A stretch of DNA of 64,000 bases from Eledone cirrhosa (taxonomy: Eukaryota), in assembly GCA_964016885.1 (NCBI GenBank), contig OZ024740.1:230764001-230828000 (forward strand). Direction: 5' to 3'. The position numbers and the translations under genes were made by a program. The notes beneath the pieces were generated by a model, which was given only the letters and a program-made list of their open reading frames with translations, made no database searches and was not told where the DNA came from. This document shows positions 38,796 to 55,672 of the stretch, piece by piece. Position 1 is the first letter of the stretch. Each line of letters opens with the position of its first letter.

Positions 38796-39333
38796 CAAAG
38801 TGCAGGGCAATAAAGATAGACGGTAGCCACGGAATAGGCAGACCTAGAAAAACATGGGATGAGCTGATAAACTCCGACCTCACACACTTACACCTCTCCA
38901 AGACAATGTCACTGGACCGAGACCTTTGGCGGTACTCAGTAACAGAGAAGACCCGCCTTGCCAGTAGGCATCTCTAACAAAATACACCCCGTCCCGCCAC
39001 CACCCCCACCCCATCCACACCACCCCGTTCTATGTAAAGTTATGTTGGTGCCGCGCCATCCAGGCCGAAACAAATGAGATCGTGTAGGTGTCACGACAAA
39101 AAAACACACAGTCCACGCTGTAATGTGGCCGTGTAGGCAACACGGTAAAAACCTCCCAGACCCACACTGTAAATGTGGATGGTGTTAGGAAGGGCATCCA
39201 ACTGTAGAAAACCTGCCAGACAGTCCTATGCGAGCAAGACAATCACTCTTGCCTCAAGTGGGACTACCCCCGTCCAAACCCATGCAAGCGTGGAACACGG
39301 ACGTTAAACGTTGATGATGATGATGATGATGAT
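38796..39333 (+). mobile_element. RTE family A 3' end inserted in (TA)n
   Basis: [23 protein letters not shown]..., 3' UTR, (GAT)n. Confidence 0.88.
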
Positions 39334-42038
<2,705 letters not shown>

Positions 42039-42088
42039 AATATTAAACAAATAATGAACAAACAATTCCTTATATTAAACAAAAAAAG

Positions 42089-42243
42089 TTCACTATTTAA
42101 CGATCGTTTCTAGGGTATATATGTGTTATAATTGGTATGCATATTTAACAGATCTATGTACAAAATTATACAAAATTATACAAATTATCAAGATTAAATA
42201 TACATACCTAACTCATATATACGCCGTCTTCAGAAATAATGAA
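42089..42243 (-). ncRNA. Type I hammerhead ribozyme candidate, unit A
   Basis: Reverse complement of 58231-58385. Confidence 0.78.
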
Positions 42244-43002
42244 GTATATTTATTGATAATAACAACAATTCAAAATATCAGTTCAAAATTGACCAATGAA
42301 AAACACAAAGGGTTAAAAGCAGTTTGGTGTGTGTATATACATGTAAAAACCTTACACATATTTTACAATAATGTGTGTATAATTTGTATGTGCATACTAA
42401 AAAGATGGATGCAACCACAAAATTTCAAGGTTAATATCTCTGTAAGCTTAATGCGCTGATAAGATACGCAATGATACTTATGGAGTCAAGCATATAAATA
42501 TATTTTTTTCATACTCACACATATCAGTATAATCACACATACATGTGCGTATATGCATAAATACATACATAACCACGAACATACAAACACACACACTCCC
42601 CCACTCACATTTATATATGTGGATATAAAATCATAAGCAAATAGAAATTAAGTCACTCACATAAAAACACTGGTACACACATTTCAAGATCAAGATACAG
42701 AAATTAGGTGGGAGGGGGGGGAGGGGTCAGTATTAGATTGTCAGACCAGACAGCCTAATATAAATGTATCTATAAATTAAGAAAAATAAAAAAATAAAAA
42801 CAATAAAATATAATAAAATGTACATACACATACAGATATACATACACATACATACATGTACGCGCACATAGAGATATCTACACATACATACATACACACA
42901 TACCTATACTGTCATACACACACATACATTTACACGAACATACACATACACATATAAAAAGATATAAATACACACACACTCACGCGCAACACATACACAC
43001 AT

Positions 43003-43041
<39 letters not shown>

Positions 43042-43553
43042 TATACACACACACATAGACTCATATATATATATATACATATACATATATATATACAAAC
43101 ATATATATCCCCACACTCATACCACCATAAATACACATACAAACACCCACATGTATATATATATATATATATATACACATATCCACATACACACACGTAC
43201 ACATACACATACACACACACATACATATACACATACATATATATATATACACACACATAAAAAACAGACATGCACATATATATATATATATATATATTTC
43301 ACCACTCTTATACATACACATAGTATATATACATACACAACCTCACTTATACACATATACACATAAGTTATATTACAATAATAATAAAGAATAATATATA
43401 TATATATATATATACATACACACATATACATATATACATATATACATATATATACACATACATACATACACACACATACATACACCCAAATATATACATA
43501 CATAAATACACACATACGAATAAAGACATATATTCACACATAGACACCTATAT

Positions 43554-43591
<38 letters not shown>

Positions 43592-44792
43592 ATATATATA
43601 CACATACATATACACATATATATATATATATATATACACATACACACACACACACAGACACACATACACACTCACATATATATATATATATATATGTGTG
43701 TATGTGAGTGTGCGCAAATACATATATATATACACACACACATACAAACACACACAAACACATACATATGCATACGTGCACACATACACACATATATCAC
43801 ATAGATACGAAGATAAACATATAAATAGAGAGACATACAAATATATACAGAACCCATATACACATACATACAAACACGCATATACATATACATACATATA
43901 TACACACATATATATATTCCTATATACAAGCATACACATACATACACATATATACATATACATACACATATACATACTACACATTCACATACACATACAT
44001 ATATAATACATATATATACATATATATACATACATATGTATGCACAATCATATATACACACTCAATCTTACATTCATATTTACATGCTCATATATGTATT
44101 TTTATATTTAGAAATAAATACCAAAACCTATATAGACACCCACCTACACATATATTCATACATATACGCTTACAAAAACAGATGATAATAGTATGGGGGA
44201 AAGGGGGGGTTTGGAGAAGGGGATCAAAGTAAATATATGTTTCAAGAAACATATAATATTTTCCGTATCTTAATTCAATGTATGTTCTTACATATTTTCA
44301 GTGCTAGGAAATACGAAATCTATGCATCCCAAAATAAAAAAGTATACCATTAATCATATGTTAACTAAACCAAAGATAGTCAACATATTGATTTCCAAGG
44401 TGTAAATTAGTTAGGTTTATAATATTTGAAGCAGAATTATGAAGTCAAACAGTAGTAGATTATTAATTACATTATAACTAAATTAAAGTTAATAACGTTA
44501 TGGTATCAATATTAGGAGATGAATTTAGTAATAGGGAAAAGAAACCCAAATAAAAATAAAATAAAGTATTACATCGGTAGTAGCATATAAATTATATGTT
44601 AACTAAATTAAAAATTATATATTTATTTCAATAGTATACGTTAATTAGTATATGTTAATTAGGTATACAATACATAAAGCAGATATTGTATTTCATCAAT
44701 AGCATAATATAATTATATGCAAATAAAAATCAAAATTAATACGCATACATATACATATACATACACATACACATATATATACATATACACAC

Positions 44793-44823
<31 letters not shown>

Positions 44824-45195
44824 CACATATATACATATATAGTCACATAAATATACAAACAGATACACATACAACACACACGTATACATATACATATAGA
44901 TATACATATCTTTTTCAAAAAATTGCACAGAATATATTAACTAGGTATATATCCAAAACACATCCCATTCTATGATTACATGACATTCTGCAATTCGTCT
45001 GTACAAGGATACTAATTTTAAGCAAATTAAAATTAAAGTTTTAGGTTGATTAAAACTAAAACCAAATAATAAATATATTTCCAAAATGTATATTAATTAG
45101 GTCTATAATACTAAAAATTCTTTCTCCGTCATAGGATACATGATATTATTTTGTTATATTTTATCTGTAAAAGAATTATAATAAAAAAAATTATA

Positions 45196-45234
<39 letters not shown>

Positions 45235-45422
45235 ATAATAAAAGGTTAAAATAAATTAAAATTAATCTATAAATTAAATTACTGAGTATATATTAGTAAT
45301 ATTTAAAGGTTTTTCAAAATTTATGATTACATAATATTTTCTCATCTGTAATAAAATATTAATTAAATTAAATTTATAGGTTAACTAACATTTAAATTAA
45401 ATTAAATTCTAGAATAATGTTA

Positions 45423-47864
45423 TTAATTAGGTTTATAATATTTAAATGTTTTTTTTAGTTTATGATTACACGATATAATTAATTCCTGTCTTTTATTTAA
45501 TAAGATATCCCTAGACTTCATTATTTCAAATAGTTCTTGGGAACATAATCTACATTCCTTTCTATTATTTTGATAAGGGGTGGCTCTTTTGAGCACACTC
45601 CAGGTCAAATCATATTTTATATTTTTATTTTTATAACTATTGATTTTTTCTGCTAGAGATGTTGTATTAGCCAGTGCGGCATTTTTAAAGCTATGTTTGT
45701 GGGTATTATACCTTGTCTTAAAATTGTTAGAGGTAGCTCCTATATATGAGCAAATAGAATCTTTAGTTTTAACATTACATTTATAGACTATGTTGTTAAC
45801 AAGACAATTCCCTTTTAATGGGCAGTTTGTTTTGTTTCTACAGTTACATCCTTTCGTTAATTCTGTATTTGAGGAGATATTATTGTTAATTTGATGTACT
45901 GGTGGTATACTTATGGTTTTCTTACATTTATATGCATTATATGCACTTATATTTTGTTTTATGTTATTTGTTGTAGAGTATGAGAATTTAACTGTAGACC
46001 TATTTAAGATTTGATGGTATTTATGGTTTGGCGGGAAGTTTTTCTCAAGGATATAAAAAAATTTTTTAGCAATATTATCCTTAACTTGTAAATTAAAAGG
46101 AGCATTATACCAAGTAACTCGTCTATTACGGTTTCTATGTTGTTTATTATTTTTATTATTTTTATATGTTGTATCATGATTTTTACTAGGAGGATTAATG
46201 TTAATGATCTCACCACAACTATTTTTAGTTATATTTGTAGATTTAGGTGTTTTATCTTTTTTATTAGGAGTTTTATTATTAATATTTATTATAGTCGTAT
46301 GATGAGTAGTTTTTTGAGGGTTACTATACTTTATATTAGAAGATTTAGTATTTTGGGGTATACTGTGGGTGGCATTTAGGTGTGTACTTTTCATTTGGTG
46401 TTTGTTGGTAATATTATGCTGTATGCTTTCAGTATTTTTAGTAGAAGGTATATACTCTAATCTATTTTTGTGGCCACTTCTATCTAGAGCTTCATTATAA
46501 AAGGTCGCATTTTTATCAAATACATCTTGGTTAGAAGAAAGGTTAGAAATTCTAAGTGATATATTATATGCAAGGTTTTTAAGGATAGATTTAGGGTGAT
46601 TAGATTGTGAGTGTATGTAATGTAAGTTTTGGTTAGGTTTATGGTAAGGTTGGTATATACCCGTAGCTAAATCTAAAGTTATATCTAGGAAATTTACTAC
46701 TTTACTTGTTTTTTCAAAAGTAATATTAAGATTATAATAGTCTTTAAGGAAAGTTCTAATATGCTTTTTGTTTTTTTCGATTTCTGAAAGGCTAAGGTTG
46801 TTAGAAAGAAGAAGACAGTCATCACGATATAAACCACCTTTGAGGTGGGGAAAAGAGGCATTTATGTTGAAAAGGAGAAAGAGGCCCACAAGATCAGTAA
46901 TTTGGGCGGAATCGCTTGAACCCATAGTAATATCAAAAAGATTACTGTAAGTGTTTCTGGTCCAGTATTCATTCTGAAATTCAATAAGTGTTTGTCTAGC
47001 ATGTGTAATAATGTTAATGTCATCCGAAGTTAAATTAGATCTATTTTTAGCAAATATTAATGCTTTGTTCAGGAGTATGGGTGATATAGAAGAATAGTAA
47101 TTATCTATATCAAATTGTAGGAAAGAAGCAGAAGATTTACACCTAATATTTTTAAACCAATTAATTACCTGGGAGGTGTTTTCCCAGAGTGGTAAAATAA
47201 CGTATTTTCTTATTTGAGGGATGACTCTATCTAAAATTTTTTTGCTAATTATTCCAATATCTGATTTGGAGGGACATATAAGTCTAATAGAAGGATTAGA
47301 GTTAAAGTTAGATTTGTGATCTTTCAGGTTGAAGTGTGGACTTTTCAATGCCAAAGGTTCAGTTCTATCTTCAATATTTAGTTTTTTTACTATGTTGTGT
47401 GTTTTGTTGTTGATGTTGGTGAGTGACACATTATTAGATTTTTTATAATTTTTTCTGAGTTCTTTATATATGAACTCATTATAATGTTCAATATCCATAT
47501 GATACAAGTTACCAGTTTTGTCCGAGTGGACATGGATTTTTTTAGACTTTTTTAGGTCCAATAGGGTAGAATCAAGGTCCTTTTGAAAGACGGATTTATA
47601 CTTTTTAAATTTGAGGTGTTTAATTAAATTAAAAAGGTCTTTCTCGAAGTCTTCAAGTAAAAAGTTGTGTGGTGGATTCTTGTAAGTGTTGAAATCATAC
47701 ATATATTTCCGATCTGCTTGTTTAGATTTTCTATCGAAGTGGTAGGCTCTCCATCTAACCCTTCTGATAAAATTATTAGTTTTCTGAATCATAAGGAGTA
47801 AGAAGTCGTCCTTAGAAGGTATTGGTATGTTTTTTAAGGAGGTTCCTAAATATTGTTTTTCCAT
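45423..47864 (-). CDS. Penelope-like RT/GIY-YIG polyprotein, 813 aa from first ATG
   Basis: SLKNIPIP...RRVRWRA, DKTGN, RLICP, QFDIDNYYSSI, FDITMGS, GLYRDD, VNFLDITL, CNCRNKTNCPLKGNC, IVYKC...YIGAT...FKTRYNTH, CRLC, LLNKRQE...CNH; no stops. The ORF-track start at 47885 is TTG. Confidence 0.93.
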   Translation of the reverse strand: MEKQYLGTSLKNIPIPSKDDFLLLMIQKTNNFIRRVRWRAYHFDRKSKQADRKYMYDFNTYKNPPHNFLLEDFEKDLFNLIKHLKFKKYKSVFQKDLDSTLLDLKKSKKIHVHSDKTGNLYHMDIEHYNEFIYKELRKNYKKSNNVSLTNINNKTHNIVKKLNIEDRTEPLALKSPHFNLKDHKSNFNSNPSIRLICPSKSDIGIISKKILDRVIPQIRKYVILPLWENTSQVINWFKNIRCKSSASFLQFDIDNYYSSISPILLNKALIFAKNRSNLTSDDINIITHARQTLIEFQNEYWTRNTYSNLFDITMGSSDSAQITDLVGLFLLFNINASFPHLKGGLYRDDCLLLSNNLSLSEIEKNKKHIRTFLKDYYNLNITFEKTSKVVNFLDITLDLATGIYQPYHKPNQNLHYIHSQSNHPKSILKNLAYNISLRISNLSSNQDVFDKNATFYNEALDRSGHKNRLEYIPSTKNTESIQHNITNKHQMKSTHLNATHSIPQNTKSSNIKYSNPQKTTHHTTIININNKTPNKKDKTPKSTNITKNSCGEIININPPSKNHDTTYKNNKNNKQHRNRNRRVTWYNAPFNLQVKDNIAKKFFYILEKNFPPNHKYHQILNRSTVKFSYSTTNNIKQNISAYNAYKCKKTISIPPVHQINNNISSNTELTKGCNCRNKTNCPLKGNCLVNNIVYKCNVKTKDSICSYIGATSNNFKTRYNTHKHSFKNAALANTTSLAEKINSYKNKNIKYDLTWSVLKRATPYQNNRKECRLCSQELFEIMKSRDILLNKRQELIISCNHKLKKTFKYYKPN

Positions 47865-48207
47865 TGTGATATGGATGATGGACAATTGAAAGAGCTCAAC
47901 TAAATGTATATGGGTTTACAAAATCATACATATATATATGTTTATACATAAATATAAAATTAATACACACATACAGTACAAAAATACGAATATTTCCGTG
48001 AAAATAGGAGCAAAATTATGTAGATAAATCTACCAAGAGTTTACGGTAGTGTCCAATCCGTATGAAGAACTCAATGTATTCCGGATATCATGGAAAGAAG
48101 AGATGTAATGAAAATCCACTTTCGGTGAAAGATAAACGGTATACAGAGTCAAGATAAAATATTAAACAAATAATGAACAAACAATTCCTTATATTAAACA
48201 AAAAAAG

Positions 48208-48362
48208 TTCACTATTTAACGATCGTTTCTAGGGTATATATGTGTTATAATTGGTATGCATATTTAACAGATCTATGTACAAAATTATACAAAATTATAC
48301 AAATTATCAAGATTAAATATACATACCTAACTCATATATACGCCGTCTTCAGAAATAATGAA
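48208..48362 (-). ncRNA. Type I hammerhead ribozyme candidate, unit B
   Basis: Same sequence as the unit A copy. Confidence 0.78.
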
Positions 48363-49125
48363 GTATATTTATTGATAATAACAACAATTCAAAATATCAG
48401 TTCAAAATTGACCAATGAAAAACACAAAGGGTTAAAAGCAGTTTGGTGTGTGTATATACATGTAAAAACCTTACACATATTTTACAATAATGTGTGTATA
48501 ATTTGTATGTGCATACTAAAAAGATGGATGCAACCACAAAATTTCAAGGTTAATATCTCTGTAAGCTTAATGCGCTGATAAGATACGCAATGATACTTAT
48601 GGAGTCAAGCATATAAATATATTTTTTTCATACTCACACATATCAGTATAATCACACATACATGTGCGTATATGCATAAATACATACATAACCACGAACA
48701 TACAAACACACACACTCCCCCACTCACATTTATATATGTGGATATAAAATCATAAGCAAATAGAAATTAAGTCACTCACATAAAAACACTGGTACACACA
48801 TTTCAAGATCAAGATACAGAAATTAGGTGGGAGGGGGGGGGGGGAGGGGTCAGTATTAGATTGTCAGACCAGACAGCCTAATATAAATGTATCTATAAAT
48901 TAAGAAAAATAAAAAAATAAAAACAATAAAATATAATAAAATGTACATACACATACAGATATACATACACATACATACATGTACGCGCACATAGAGATAT
49001 CTACACATACATACATACACACATACCTATACTGTCATACACACACATACATTTACACGAACATACACATACACATATAAAAAGATATAAATACACACAC
49101 ACTCACGCGCAACACATACACACAT

Positions 49126-49166
<41 letters not shown>

Positions 49167-49287
49167 TATACACACACACATAGACTCATATATATATATA
49201 TACATATACATATATATATACAAACATATATATCCCCACACTCATACCACCATAAATACACATACAAACACCCACATGTATATATAT

Positions 49288-49631
49288 CATTTCATCATCA
49301 TCATTTCATTTTACGTCCACTTTTCCCTGCTTGCAAGGGTGGGACGGGCACTGATTCTGGCTTGATTTCTACAGCTGGATGCCCTTCCTAACACCAACCT
49401 CATTTACAGTGAGTGCTGGGTGCTTTTTTGCCGTGGCACCTCCACGACCACTTTGCAGTGGAATGATAGGGACCCCAGTCCCCATCATCTCATTTCTACA
49501 GCTGAGTAAACTGGAGCAATGTGAAATAAAGTGTCTTGCTCAAGGAAACAACACATCACCCGGTCTGAGAATTGAACTCACAACCTTTCGATTGCAAGGC
49601 CAATGCTCTAACCACTAAGCCATGTGCCTCC
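49288..49631 (-). mobile_element. tRNA-derived CORE-like SINE inserted in a (TA)n run of unit B
   Basis: Same family as 36563-36900; A box TGGCTTAGTGG, B box GAGTTCAATTC; absent at the equivalent sites of units A (~43160) and C (~57310). Confidence 0.92.
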
Positions 49632-50014
49632 ATATACACATATCCACATACACACACGTACACATACACATACACACACACATACATATACACATACATA
49701 TATATATATACACACACATAAAAAACAGACATGCACATATATATATATATATATATATTTCACCACTCTTATACATACACATAGTATATATACATACACA
49801 ACCTCACTTATACACATATACACATAAGTTATATTACAATAATAATAAAGAATAATATATATATATATATATATACATACACACATATACATATATACAT
49901 ATATACATATATATACACATACATACATACACACACATACATACACCCAAATATATACATACATAAATACACACATACGAATAAAGACATATATTCACAC
50001 ATAGACACCTATAT

Positions 50015-50052
<38 letters not shown>

Positions 50053-51261
50053 ATATATATACACATACATATACACATATATATATATATATATATACAC
50101 ATACACACACACACACACACACAGACACACATACACACTCACATATATATATATATATATATGTGTGTATGTGAGTGTGCGCAAATACATATATATATAC
50201 ACACACACATACAAACACACACAAACACATACATATGCATACGTGCACACATACACACACATATATCACATAGATACGAAGATAAACATATAAATAGAGA
50301 GACATACAAATATATACAGAACCCATATACACATACATACAAACACGCATATACATATACATACATATATACACACATATATATATTCCTATATACAAGC
50401 ATACACATACATACACATATATACATATACATACACATATACATACTACACATTCACATACACATACATATATAATACATATATATACATATATATACAT
50501 ACATATGTATGCACAATCATATATACACACTCAATCTTACATTCATATTTACATGCTCATATATGTATTTTTATATTTAGAAATAAATACCAAAACCTAT
50601 ATAGACACCCACCTACACATATATTCATACATATACGCTTACAAAAACAGATGATAATAGTATGGGGGAAAGGGGGGGTTTGGAGAAGGGGATCAAAGTA
50701 AATATATGTTTCAAGAAACATATAATATTTTCCGTATCTTAATTCAATGTATGTTCTTACATATTTTCAGTGCTAGGAAATACGAAATCTATGCATCCCA
50801 AAATAAAAAAGTATACCATTAATCATATGTTAACTAAACCAAAGATAGTCAACATATTGATTTCCAAGGTGTAAATTAGTTAGGTTTATAATATTTGAAG
50901 CAGAATTATGAAGTCAAACAGTAGTAGATTATTAATTACATTATAACTAAATTAAAGTTAATAACGTTATGGTATCAATATTAGGAGATGAATTTAGTAA
51001 TAGGGAAAAGAAACCCAAATAAAAATAAAATAAAGTATTACATCGGTAGTAGCATATAAATTATATGTTAACTAAATTAAAAATTATATATTTATTTCAA
51101 TAGTATACGTTAATTAGTATATGTTAATTAGGTATACAATACATAAAGCAGATATTGTATTTCATCAATAGCATAATATAATTATATGCAAATAAAAATC
51201 AAAATTAATACGCATACATATACATATACATACACATACACATATATATACATATACACAC

Positions 51262-51292
<31 letters not shown>

Positions 51293-51664
51293 CACATATA
51301 TACATATATAGTCACATAAATATACAAACAGATACACATACAACACACACGTATACATATACATATAGATATACATATCTTTTTCAAAAAATTGCACAGA
51401 ATATATTAACTAGGTATATATCCAAAACACATCCCATTCTATGATTACATGACATTCTGCAATTCGTCTGTACAAGGATACTAATTTTAAGCAAATTAAA
51501 ATTAAAGTTTTAGGTTGATTAAAACTAAAACCAAATAATAAATATATTTCCAAAATGTATATTAATTAGGTCTATAATACTAAAAATTCTTTCTCCGTCA
51601 TAGGATACATGATATTATTTTGTTATATTTTATCTGTAAAAGAATTATAATAAAAAAAATTATA

Positions 51665-51702
<38 letters not shown>

Positions 51703-53809
51703 ATAATAAAAGGTTAAAATAAATTAAAATTAATCTATAAATTAAATTACTGAGTATATATTAGTAATATTTAAAGGTTTTTCAAAATTTATGATTACAT
51801 AATATTTTCTCATCTGTAATAAAATATTAATTAAATTAAATTTATAGGTTAACTAACATTTAAATTAAATTAAATTCTAGAATAATGTTATTAATTAGGT
51901 TTATAATATTTAAATGTTTTTTTTAGTTTATGATTACACGATATAATTAATTCCTGTCTTTTATTTAATAAGATATCCCTAGACTTCATTATTTCAAATA
52001 GTTCTTGGGAACATAATCTACATTCCTTTCTATTATTTTGATAAGGGGTGGCTCTTTTGAGCACACTCCAGGTCAAATCATATTTTATATTTTTATTTTT
52101 ATAACTATTGATTTTTTCTGCTAGAGATGTTGTATTAGCCAGTGCGGCATTTTTAAAGCTATGTTTGTGGGTATTATACCTTGTCTTAAAATTGTTAGAG
52201 GTAGCTCCTATATATGAGCAAATAGAATCTTTAGTTTTAACATTACATTTATAGACTATGTTGTTAACAAGACAATTCCCTTTTAATGGGCAGTTTGTTT
52301 TGTTTCTACAGTTACATCCTTTCGTTAATTCTGTATTTGAGGAGATATTATTGTTAATTTGATGTACTGGTGGTATACTTATGGTTTTCTTACATTTATA
52401 TGCATTATATGCACTTATATTTTGTTTTATGTTATTTGTTGTAGAGTATGAGAATTTAACTGTAGACCTATTTAAGATTTGATGGTATTTATGGTTTGGC
52501 GGGAAGTTTTTCTCAAGGATATAAAAAAATTTTTTAGCAATATTATCCTTAACTTGTAAATTAAAAGGAGCATTATACCAAGTAACTCGTCTATTACGGT
52601 TTCTATGTTGTTTATTATTTTTATTATTTTTATATGTTGTATCATGATTTTTACTAGGAGGATTAATGTTAATGATCTCACCACAACTATTTTTAGTTAT
52701 ATTTGTAGATTTAGGTGTTTTATCTTTTTTATTAGGAGTTTTATTATTAATATTTATTATAGTCGTATGATGAGTAGTTTTTTGAGGGTTACTATACTTT
52801 ATATTAGAAGATTTAGTATTTTGGGGTATACTGTGGGTGGCATTTAGGTGTGTACTTTTCATTTGGTGTTTGTTGGTAATATTATGCTGTATGCTTTCAG
52901 TATTTTTAGTAGAAGGTATATACTCTAATCTATTTTTGTGGCCACTTCTATCTAGAGCTTCATTATAAAAGGTCGCATTTTTATCAAATACATCTTGGTT
53001 AGAAGAAAGGTTAGAAATTCTAAGTGATATATTATATGCAAGGTTTTTAAGGATAGATTTAGGGTGATTAGATTGTGAGTGTATGTAATGTAAGTTTTGG
53101 TTAGGTTTATGGTAAGGTTGGTATATACCCGTAGCTAAATCTAAAGTTATATCTAGGAAATTTACTACTTTACTTGTTTTTTCAAAAGTAATATTAAGAT
53201 TATAATAGTCTTTAAGGAAAGTTCTAATATGCTTTTTGTTTTTTTCGATTTCTGAAAGGCTAAGGTTGTTAGAAAGAAGAAGACAGTCATCACGATATAA
53301 ACCACCTTTGAGGTGGGGAAAAGAGGCATTTATGTTGAAAAGGAGAAAGAGGCCCACAAGATCAGTAATTTGGGCGGAATCGCTTGAACCCATAGTAATA
53401 TCAAAAAGATTACTGTAAGTGTTTCTGGTCCAGTATTCATTCTGAAATTCAATAAGTGTTTGTCTAGCATGTGTAATAATGTTAATGTCATCCGAAGTTA
53501 AATTAGATCTATTTTTAGCAAATATTAATGCTTTGTTCAGGAGTATGGGTGATATAGAAGAATAGTAATTATCTATATCAAATTGTAGGAAAGAAGCAGA
53601 AGATTTACACCTAATATTTTTAAACCAATTAATTACCTGGGAGGTGTTTTCCCAGAGTGGTAAAATAACGTATTTTCTTATTTGAGGGATGACTCTATCT
53701 AAAATTTTTTTGCTAATTATTCCAATATCTGATTTGGAGGGACATATAAGTCTAATAGAAGGATTAGAGTTAAAGTTAGATTTGTGATCTTTCAGGTTGA
53801 AGTGTGGAC

Positions 53810-55641
53810 TAGCTACGGGTATATACCAACCTTACCATAAACCTAACCAAAACTTACATTACATACACTCACAATCTAATCACCCTAAATCTATCCTTAA
53901 AAACCTTGCATATAATATATCACTTAGAATTTCTAACCTTTCTTCTAACCAAGATGTATTTGATAAAAATGCGACCTTTTATAATGAAGCTCTAGATAGA
54001 AGTGGCCACAAAAATAGATTAGAGTATATACCTTCTACTAAAAATACTGAAAGCATACAGCATAATATTACCAACAAACACCAAATGAAAAGTACACACC
54101 TAAATGCCACCCACAGTATACCCCAAAATACTAAATCTTCTAATATAAAGTATAGTAACCCTCAAAAAACTACTCATCATACGACTATAATAAATATTAA
54201 TAATAAAACTCCTAATAAAAAAGATAAAACACCTAAATCTACAAATATAACTAAAAATAGTTGTGGTGAGATCATTAACATTAATCCTCCTAGTAAAAAT
54301 CATGATACAACATATAAAAATAATAAAAATAATAAACAACATAGAAACCGTAATAGACGAGTTACTTGGTATAATGCTCCTTTTAATTTACAAGTTAAGG
54401 ATAATATTGCTAAAAAAATTTTTTATATCCTTGAGAAAAACTTCCCGCCAAACCACAAATACCATCAAATCTTAAATAGGTCTACAGTTAAATTCTCATA
54501 CTCTACAACAAATAACATAAAACAAAATATAAGTGCATATAATGCATATAAATGTAAGAAAACCATAAGTATACCACCAGTACATCAAATTAACAATAAT
54601 ATCTCCTCAAATACAGAATTAACGAAAGGATGTAACTGTAGAAACAAAACAAACTGCCCATTAAAAGGGAATTGTCTTGTTAACAACATAGTCTATAAAT
54701 GTAATGTTAAAACTAAAGATTCTATTTGCTCATATATAGGAGCTACCTCTAACAATTTTAAGACAAGGTATAATACCCACAAACATAGCTTTAAAAATGC
54801 CGCACTGGCTAATACAACATCTCTAGCAGAAAAAATCAATAGTTATAAAAATAAAAATATAAAATATGATTTGACCTGGAGTGTGCTCAAAAGAGCCACC
54901 CCTTATCAAAATAATAGAAAGGAATGTAGATTATGTTCCCAAGAACTATTTGAAATAATGAAGTCTAGGGATATCTTATTAAATAAAAGACAGGAATTAA
55001 TTATATCGTGTAATCATAAACTAAAAAAAACATTTAAATATTATAAACCTAATTAATAACATTATTCTAGAATTTAATTTAATTTAAATGTTAGTTAACC
55101 TATAAATTTAATTTAATTAATATTTTATTACAGATGAGAAAATATTATGTAATCATAAATTTTGAAAAACCTTTAAATATTACTAATATATACTCAGTAA
55201 TTTAATTTATAGATTAATTTTAATTTATTTTAACCTTTTATTATAAATTTTTTTTTTTTTTTTTTTTATTATAATTTTTTTTATTATAATTCTTTTACAG
55301 ATAAAATATAACAAAATAATATCATGTATCCTATGACGGAGAAAGAATTTTTAGTATTATAGACCTAATTAATATACATTTTGGAAATATATTTATTATT
55401 TGGTTTTAGTTTTAATCAACCTAAAACTTTAATTTTAATTTGCTTAAAATTAGTATCCTTGTACAGACGAATTGCAGAATGTCATGTAATCATAGAATGG
55501 GATGTGTTTTGGATATATACCTAGTTAATATATTCTGTGCAATTTTTTGAAAAAGATATGTATATCTATATGTATATGTATACGTGTGTGTTGTATGTGT
55601 ATCTGTTTGTATATTTATGTGACTATATATGTATATATGTG

Positions 55642-55672
<31 letters not shown>

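Larger units (their letters stand above)
48154..53810 (-). mobile_element. Penelope-like element unit B, tandem upstream copy, 5'-truncated about 175 codons into the ORF, with SINE insertion
   Basis: Near-identical to unit A; ORF stop at 51891; homology ends at GTGGACT, 53810. Confidence 0.92.

Noticed and set aside
42121-42459. 112-aa ORF repeated three times (also 48240 and 58015)
   Set aside because: Antisense to the ribozyme region, recurs only because the element is triplicated, and has no recognisable motif.
45423-47885. Naiad/Chlamys-type or selenoprotein-encoding PLE
   Set aside because: The endonuclease is C-terminal, not N-terminal, and there is no in-frame UGA.
53797-55056. Independent 419-aa plus-strand gene
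   Set aside because: Truncated inverted copy; its apparent start (TTG) is chimeric across the inversion junction.
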